The notes below the pieces were generated by a model. The model did not search any database and was not told the origin of the DNA. It saw nothing but the letters and a program-made list of their open reading frames with translations. A stretch of 32,000 nucleotides of DNA from NCBI GenBank assembly GCA_021650915.1, contig CP091279.1, forward strand, positions 1,050,001 through 1,082,000, read 5' to 3'. The position numbers were made by a program, and so were the translations under genes. The first letter of the stretch is position 1, and each line of letters begins with the position of its first letter. Below are positions 27,263 through 32,000 of the stretch, piece after piece. This DNA is from Candidatus Brocadia sp. GTDB lineage: Bacteria > Planctomycetota > Brocadiia > Brocadiales > Brocadiaceae.

Positions 27263-28975
27263 ATGGATGCCATCGAAAAAGATAATCCGTCACTCAAAGG
27301 GGTGTTGCCGAAGGTGTTTGCGCAGGAGAAGTTAGACAAGCAGAGTTTAGGCGGTTTGATTGACCTTGTGGGTAGCGCCACATTGGGCACAAAGGTGGCT
27401 CAAAGCAAAGATGTATTGGGCAAGGTGTATGAATATTTTTTAGGTGAATTTGCCCTGGCGGAAGGCAAAAAAGGCGGACAGTTTTATACCCCTGGTAGTG
27501 TGGTAAAACTCTTGGTTGAAATGCTTGAGCCTTATGAGGGCCGCGTGTTTGATCCCTGCTGTGGTTCTGGCGGTATGTTTGTCCAGAGTGAAAAATTTGT
27601 GGAGGCCCACCGGGATTACTACAAAAAGCACAACGGGAAGAAACTGAACATAAACCCAAAAGACCGTATCTCTATTTACGGACAGGAAAGCAACCAGACC
27701 ACCTGGCGTTTGGCCAAGACAAACCTGGCTATCCGTGGTATTGACAGCAGCAACGTAAAGTGGAACAACGAAGGCTCTTTTCTCAATGATATGCACAAAG
27801 ATCTGAAGGCCGATTACATCATTGCCAATCCACCCTTTAACGATAGCGATTGGAGCGGTGAGTTACTTCGTGACGATGCCCGGTGGAGCGTGCTGGGACA
27901 GAAATTACCACCACCCCCAAATAATGCCAACTATGCCTGGATACAACACTTCCTCTATCACCTGGCGCCTTCCGGCCAGGCAGGTTTTGTACTGGCGAAG
28001 GGTTCGCTGACCACCAAGACCAGCAATGAAGGCGATATACGAAAGGCAATGGTGGAAAACGATTTAATTGACTGCATTGTAAACCTGCCTACCAAGCTAT
28101 TTCTCAATACACAAATACCAGCCTGTTTGTGGTTTATTTGCCGGAATAAGTCCGGCAAACCCTCATCCGGCGCCACGCACCACCTTCTTCCAGTGGGAGA
28201 AGGGCATTATCGGGGAGGATTTGATTTCTCAGGACAATTGGAATTGGCAAGAATGCTTCGGAATAATGCCACGCCGGCGGAGCAGCTTTTTTGGGAGTTA
28301 GTGCGCGATCGCCGTTTTCTGGGATTAAAATTCAGACGTCAGCACCAAATCGGCGCCTACATTGCGGATTTTTACTGTGATGAAAAGAAACTGGTAGTAG
28401 AACTGGATGGCGGAGTACATAACGAGCCCACAAGGATAAAGATCGATCATAAGCGAGATGCTTATATGAAATCGCTTGGCATAACCGTGTTTCGTTTAAG
28501 TAATGAGCAATTAATGCGTAATCCAGAAAAAGTATTAACTTCAATTGCTTCTGCTGTTTCCCCTTCTCCTTTTGGGAGAGGGGAAGGGGTGAGGGTGAAC
28601 GAATCTCGCAACCGAAAGGGAGAGATGCTGTTTATAGATGCCCGCAATATGGGTTTTTTAATAAACCGCAAAAACCGCGAGTTGTCTGATGATGATATTG
28701 CCCTGATTGCAACTACCTATCACAACTGGCGTACTGGCGAGGGCAAGTACAAGGATGTGCAGGGCTTCTGCAAATCGGCAACACTGAATGAAGTAAAAGC
28801 TTTAAACTATGTATTGACACCAGGCAGGTATATTGGCTTGCCCGATGATGAAGATGATTTTAATTATGAGGAAAGAATTATAAAATTGAAAGCTGAGTTA
28901 CACCAACAAATGCGGGATGAAATAAAGTTAAATGAAATAATCAATAGGAATCTTGAAAAAATTCGATTGCAGTAA
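27263..28975 (+). CDS. hsdM: Type I R-M methyltransferase HsdM, main body, carrying an in-frame DUF559 insertion
   Basis: AdoMet motif VFDPCCGSGGMFV and catalytic NPPF (IIANPPFNDSDW). HsdM homology actually resumes right after the TAG (LQGRAKLPTIGKDIDDAMDAIEKDNPSLKGVLPK). A block of about 154 codons is inserted between CRNK and RKGEMLFIDARN. Confidence 0.88.
   Translation: MDAIEKDNPSLKGVLPKVFAQEKLDKQSLGGLIDLVGSATLGTKVAQSKDVLGKVYEYFLGEFALAEGKKGGQFYTPGSVVKLLVEMLEPYEGRVFDPCCGSGGMFVQSEKFVEAHRDYYKKHNGKKLNINPKDRISIYGQESNQTTWRLAKTNLAIRGIDSSNVKWNNEGSFLNDMHKDLKADYIIANPPFNDSDWSGELLRDDARWSVLGQKLPPPPNNANYAWIQHFLYHLAPSGQAGFVLAKGSLTTKTSNEGDIRKAMVENDLIDCIVNLPTKLFLNTQIPACLWFICRNKSGKPSSGATHHLLPVGEGHYRGGFDFSGQLELARMLRNNATPAEQLFWELVRDRRFLGLKFRRQHQIGAYIADFYCDEKKLVVELDGGVHNEPTRIKIDHKRDAYMKSLGITVFRLSNEQLMRNPEKVLTSIASAVSPSPFGRGEGVRVNESRNRKGEMLFIDARNMGFLINRKNRELSDDDIALIATTYHNWRTGEGKYKDVQGFCKSATLNEVKALNYVLTPGRYIGLPDDEDDFNYEERIIKLKAELHQQMRDEIKLNEIINRNLEKIRLQ
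28151..28612 (+). other. DUF559 (Vsr/PD-(D/E)xK-like endonuclease-fold) cassette inserted in frame within hsdM
   Basis: The core ARMLRNNATPAEQLFWELVRDRRFLGLKFRRQHQIGAYIADFYCDEKKLVVELDGGVHN...DAYMKSLGITVFRLSNEQL matches DUF559 as I know it. It is flanked by GC-rich hairpins built on ggagaaggg (28196-28204) and cccttctcc (28561-28569). Confidence 0.75.
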
Positions 28976-28994
28976 AACTTGAAAAGGTATAATT

Positions 28995-29516
28995 ATGATT
29001 ACACAGCAACAGGCGGATTATCTCGTTGCTCTGCCAAAACATATCATTGAAGATGATGCGCTGTTAGAAAGAAAATTGTATGCTCCCTCGTTCCCTATTG
29101 ACGACCGAATGTATTCGGTCTCAAAAGCAGACGATGAGTTCTCCTTTTTTCTGGAAATAACGCAAAGCTCCAAAAAAAATCTGAAATTGACTTTGCACTT
29201 TCAAGAAGAAGATGCCAGTATAGGTTTGTTAAGAGTTGATTTCAACGGAAGGCATCCTAATCCTGAAATTGCAAATGATAAAGTGCCTGACATTTTTAGG
29301 TCTTTTGCCGGTCAATGGCTTGAAGAAAGCCATATTCATTATTTTGTAGAAGGGTATAAACCGTTGGCATGGGCTATCCCGTTAAAAGCAGATAATACAT
29401 TTTCTGTTAAGGATTTTACCAATATAAGTGAATTTGGCGATATCTTTCGGGTATTTGGGAATAAAATCAATCTCCAAACTGTTTTAGAAATTTGCATTCA
29501 AAGGCAACTTATATGA
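28995..29516 (+). CDS. Hypothetical protein (173 aa), no family recognised
   Basis: The ORF starts 19 nt after the hsdM stop. Its stop overlaps the next start (ATGA). Motifs are RVDFNGRHPNPE and ESHIHYFVEGY. Confidence 0.65.
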   Translation: MITQQQADYLVALPKHIIEDDALLERKLYAPSFPIDDRMYSVSKADDEFSFFLEITQSSKKNLKLTLHFQEEDASIGLLRVDFNGRHPNPEIANDKVPDIFRSFAGQWLEESHIHYFVEGYKPLAWAIPLKADNTFSVKDFTNISEFGDIFRVFGNKINLQTVLEICIQRQLI

Positions 29517-30298
29517 CCTGGATTGACAGACTTATAGATGATTACTACCGTTTTCTCAGGCAAAAAACGGTAATTACCGAATTGCCATCAAGTGGGTGGA
29601 TTGAAATAAGCACCCCGTTTACGGATGTGTTTAATGACACCATTGAAATTTATGCAAAAAAGAGTAACGGAAAAATTATTTTATCGGATGATGGACAAAC
29701 ATTAAAAAATCTTGAATTAAGCGGGGTTGAAATATCACGTTCTCAAAACAGGAAAGAAATGTTAGAAAGAATATTGTTGAACTATGGAGTACGACTCGAA
29801 GATAAAGAATTGCTTGCGGAAGCTACAGAAAGCACTTTTCCTCAAAAAAAACTTAATCTGCTTGCCGCCATTTCCGAAGCAAATGATTTATACGTACTGG
29901 CGAAACATACTGTGGCAGGTCTTTTCCGGGAAGACGTAAAAGCATATCTTGACGAACAGGGGTTAGTATATACGCCTTACTTCCTTTCAAAAGGAAGCAC
30001 GGGACTGGAATTTACCTTTGACTTTCAAATTGCTTACCGGCAAACTGAACTTTTAATTAAGGCATTTAACACAATAAATAAACTTAATCTTCCTCATTTT
30101 CTCTTCACATGGGATGATGTTAAGCAAGTAAGAGAAAAACAAACCGAAAAAAAGGTAATTGGTCTGGCAGTAATCAATAACGAAGACCGTGAAGTGAAAG
30201 ATGAATACCTTGAAGCCTTGCAAAACAAGGGTGCCGAGTTTATTTTATGGACGGAAAGAAATAGGCCAGAGAACATCAAAAAGCTGAAGGCGGCTTAA
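29513..30298 (+). CDS. DUF1828/DUF1829-like two-domain protein (261 aa), function unknown
   Basis: The N-terminus WIEISTPFTDVFNDTIEIYAKK and the overall architecture recall DUF1828+DUF1829; this is from memory and has not been searched. I chose the ATG at 29513, which is coupled to the upstream stop. The ORF track starts at 29492. Confidence 0.65.
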   Translation: MTWIDRLIDDYYRFLRQKTVITELPSSGWIEISTPFTDVFNDTIEIYAKKSNGKIILSDDGQTLKNLELSGVEISRSQNRKEMLERILLNYGVRLEDKELLAEATESTFPQKKLNLLAAISEANDLYVLAKHTVAGLFREDVKAYLDEQGLVYTPYFLSKGSTGLEFTFDFQIAYRQTELLIKAFNTINKLNLPHFLFTWDDVKQVREKQTEKKVIGLAVINNEDREVKDEYLEALQNKGAEFILWTERNRPENIKKLKAA

Positions 30299-30299
30299 A

Positions 30300-31478
30300 A
30301 TGTCTGAGTGGAAGGAATATAAATTTTCAGATTTTGTTCATATCAATCCTACCTTAAAGTTGAGTATAGGAGAAACATATTCTTTTGTTGAAATGAAAGA
30401 CCTTAGTAACGGTCATAAATTCTGCACTCCGAGCATAGAAAGAAAACTAACAAGCGGTTCAAAATTTCAGGAAGGTGATACATTATTTGCTCGAATAACT
30501 CCGTGTTTAGAGAATGGGAAAATATGTCAAGTACGTGGTTTAAAGAATGGTGTAGGTTTTGGCTCAACTGAATTTTTTGTTTTTCGCGGTAAGCATGATG
30601 TTTCCGATAATGAATTTGTCTTTTATTTGTCTCGATGGGATGAAGTGCGGTCGTTTGCTGAAATGAATTTTGACGGAACATCTGGACGTCAAAGAGTTCC
30701 AAAAGAATCACTTGACAATCTTTTTTTAAAATTACCCCCTCTCTCCGAACAAAAATCCATCGCCTCCATCCTCAGCAGCTTAGATGACAAGATAGACCTG
30801 CTGCACCGTCAGAACAAAACCTTAGAGGCATTGGCGGAGACGTTGTTCAGGCAGTGGTTTGTGGAGGAAAATGAATCTTTGGAAATCGCAAAATTAAAAG
30901 ACTTTTGTAATCATCTAAAGGCAAATGTCAATCCTTTAAAACAGCCTGACAAAATATTCCATCATTACAGCATACCTGCATTTGATGAAGGACAAGAACC
31001 TGAAATTACTCCAGGAAGAGAAATAAGAAGTAACAAGTATCAAATAAAGGAAGGTACAATTCTGATTTCAAAATTAAACCCTCGCTTCCCTCGTGTATGG
31101 CCGATTCTCGAAAATATCGGAAAAAATCATTCAATCTGTTCTACGGAATTTCAAGTTGTCGAACCAAAAGATTCAAAATACTTTGGATTTATCCTTTGCT
31201 TTCTAAAATCAAAAGCAGTAAAAGATGAATTAATTCAATCAACAAGTGGCACAAGTGGCAGTCATCAAAGAGTTAGTCCTGAAGATATTTTTAACTTAAC
31301 TATTCCTGTTACAAATGACGATAAGTTAAATGAATTCAATCTTATTACTAATCCATATTGGGATAAGATTAAAAATAACAAACGCCAAATCCGCACCCTC
31401 ATCCGTTTACGTGATACGCTCTTGCCCAAGCTGATGAACAGAGAGGTACGGGTTAAAGAGTTGGATTTACTTACTTAG
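30300..31478 (+). CDS. hsdS: Type I R-M specificity subunit HsdS
   Basis: 392 aa with two target-recognition domains. They are separated by the conserved helix LPPLSEQKSIASILSSLDDKIDLLHRQNKTLEALAETLFRQWFVE and followed by the C-terminal helix IRTLIRLRDTLLPKLM. Confidence 0.9.
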   Translation: MSEWKEYKFSDFVHINPTLKLSIGETYSFVEMKDLSNGHKFCTPSIERKLTSGSKFQEGDTLFARITPCLENGKICQVRGLKNGVGFGSTEFFVFRGKHDVSDNEFVFYLSRWDEVRSFAEMNFDGTSGRQRVPKESLDNLFLKLPPLSEQKSIASILSSLDDKIDLLHRQNKTLEALAETLFRQWFVEENESLEIAKLKDFCNHLKANVNPLKQPDKIFHHYSIPAFDEGQEPEITPGREIRSNKYQIKEGTILISKLNPRFPRVWPILENIGKNHSICSTEFQVVEPKDSKYFGFILCFLKSKAVKDELIQSTSGTSGSHQRVSPEDIFNLTIPVTNDDKLNEFNLITNPYWDKIKNNKRQIRTLIRLRDTLLPKLMNREVRVKELDLLT

Positions 31479-31522
31479 ATAAAATGCTATGATCTTTTTC
31501 CAGGTAAAGCATTGGAGAAGCT

Positions 31523-32000
31523 ATGACAAACGATAGCAAGACTTACGAAATTTTCAAAAGCGGTAGCGCTTGGATACGTGCGGACTTTCATCTTCATACG
31601 AAGGCAGACAAAGAGTTCAAATATGACGGTAAAGAGAATGAGTTTGTAAATGCTTATGTTCAGCAATTGAGAGATGCTGGAATTTCCATTGGCGCTATTA
31701 CGAATCATAATAAATTTGATCTTGGCGAGTTTAAAGCCCTCAGGACTAAAGCACATAAAGAAGAAATTTTCCTTCTGCCAGGAATCGAGCTTTCAGTAAA
31801 GGATGGTTCAAATGGACTCCACACACTGGTTATTTTTAGTGATGAGTGGGTAATCAATCAAGAGAACACAGACTATATCAATAGTTTTCTGAGTGTGGCT
31901 TTTGCCGGTCAATCGAATTATGAGAATGAAAATGCCCGCACAAATCACGACCTGTTGGAGACCATCCGGGAGCTGGATAAATTCTCCAAGGAGTATTTTC
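31523..32000 (+). CDS. PHP-domain protein, N-terminal part (continues beyond the window); possibly the PHP+ATPase class seen in defence islands
   Basis: ATG at 31523 with GGAGAAG 3 nt upstream, and an open frame to the window end. The PHP signature is WIRADFHLHTKAD ... GAITNHN ... LPGIELSVKDGSNGLHTLVIF. Confidence 0.75.
   Translation, partial: MTNDSKTYEIFKSGSAWIRADFHLHTKADKEFKYDGKENEFVNAYVQQLRDAGISIGAITNHNKFDLGEFKALRTKAHKEEIFLLPGIELSVKDGSNGLHTLVIFSDEWVINQENTDYINSFLSVAFAGQSNYENENARTNHDLLETIRELDKFSKEYF

Noticed and set aside
31487-31756. 89-aa minus-strand ORF
   Set aside because: It lies antisense to the well-supported PHP-domain gene, which has an RBS and conserved motifs.

Overview
The window is bacterial chromosomal DNA with moderate GC. 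Dense housekeeping operons are separated by intergenic spacers crowded with palindromic repeats. The gene content (two feoA plus feoB and feoC, a dihaem cytochrome c, a murD outside any dcw cluster, coiled-coil porins) would fit a planctomycete or anammox-like genome, but I cannot verify that from sequence alone.

Layout, left to right:
(1) The end of a MacB/LolD-type ABC ATPase and its FtsX-type permease (2-1696, +).
(2) An IS graveyard. A decayed ISL3-type transposase gene (1917-2640) is cut off by an intact IS with 19-bp terminal inverted repeats (2642-4074). A possibly decapitated TusA-like ORF follows.
(3) A minus-strand phosphate regulon block (4266-12588): OprO/P-type porin, pstS, pstC, pstA, pstB, phoU. 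PstC (775 aa) and PstA (532 aa) are unusually long.
(4) An ORF-less group II intron (13328-14262, -) lying directly against a perfect 21-bp hairpin, with a 221-bp repeat element sitting in its domain IV.
(5) A long minus-strand metal cluster (14589-21731): feoA, feoA, feoB, feoC, OprB-like porin, dihaem cytochrome c, CDF-like membrane protein, HMA2-like protein.
(6) murD, a CaCA antiporter and a GT9 heptosyltransferase (22658-26198).
(7) A type I R-M / defence island (26930-32000). hsdM carries an in-frame TAG and an in-frame DUF559 nuclease-fold cassette. Two uncharacterised, translationally coupled genes sit between hsdM and hsdS. A PHP-domain gene runs off the window end, and no hsdR is visible.

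The best candidates for undescribed biology are the island in (7), the intron/repeat nest in (4), and the propeller-bearing Pst permease in (3).
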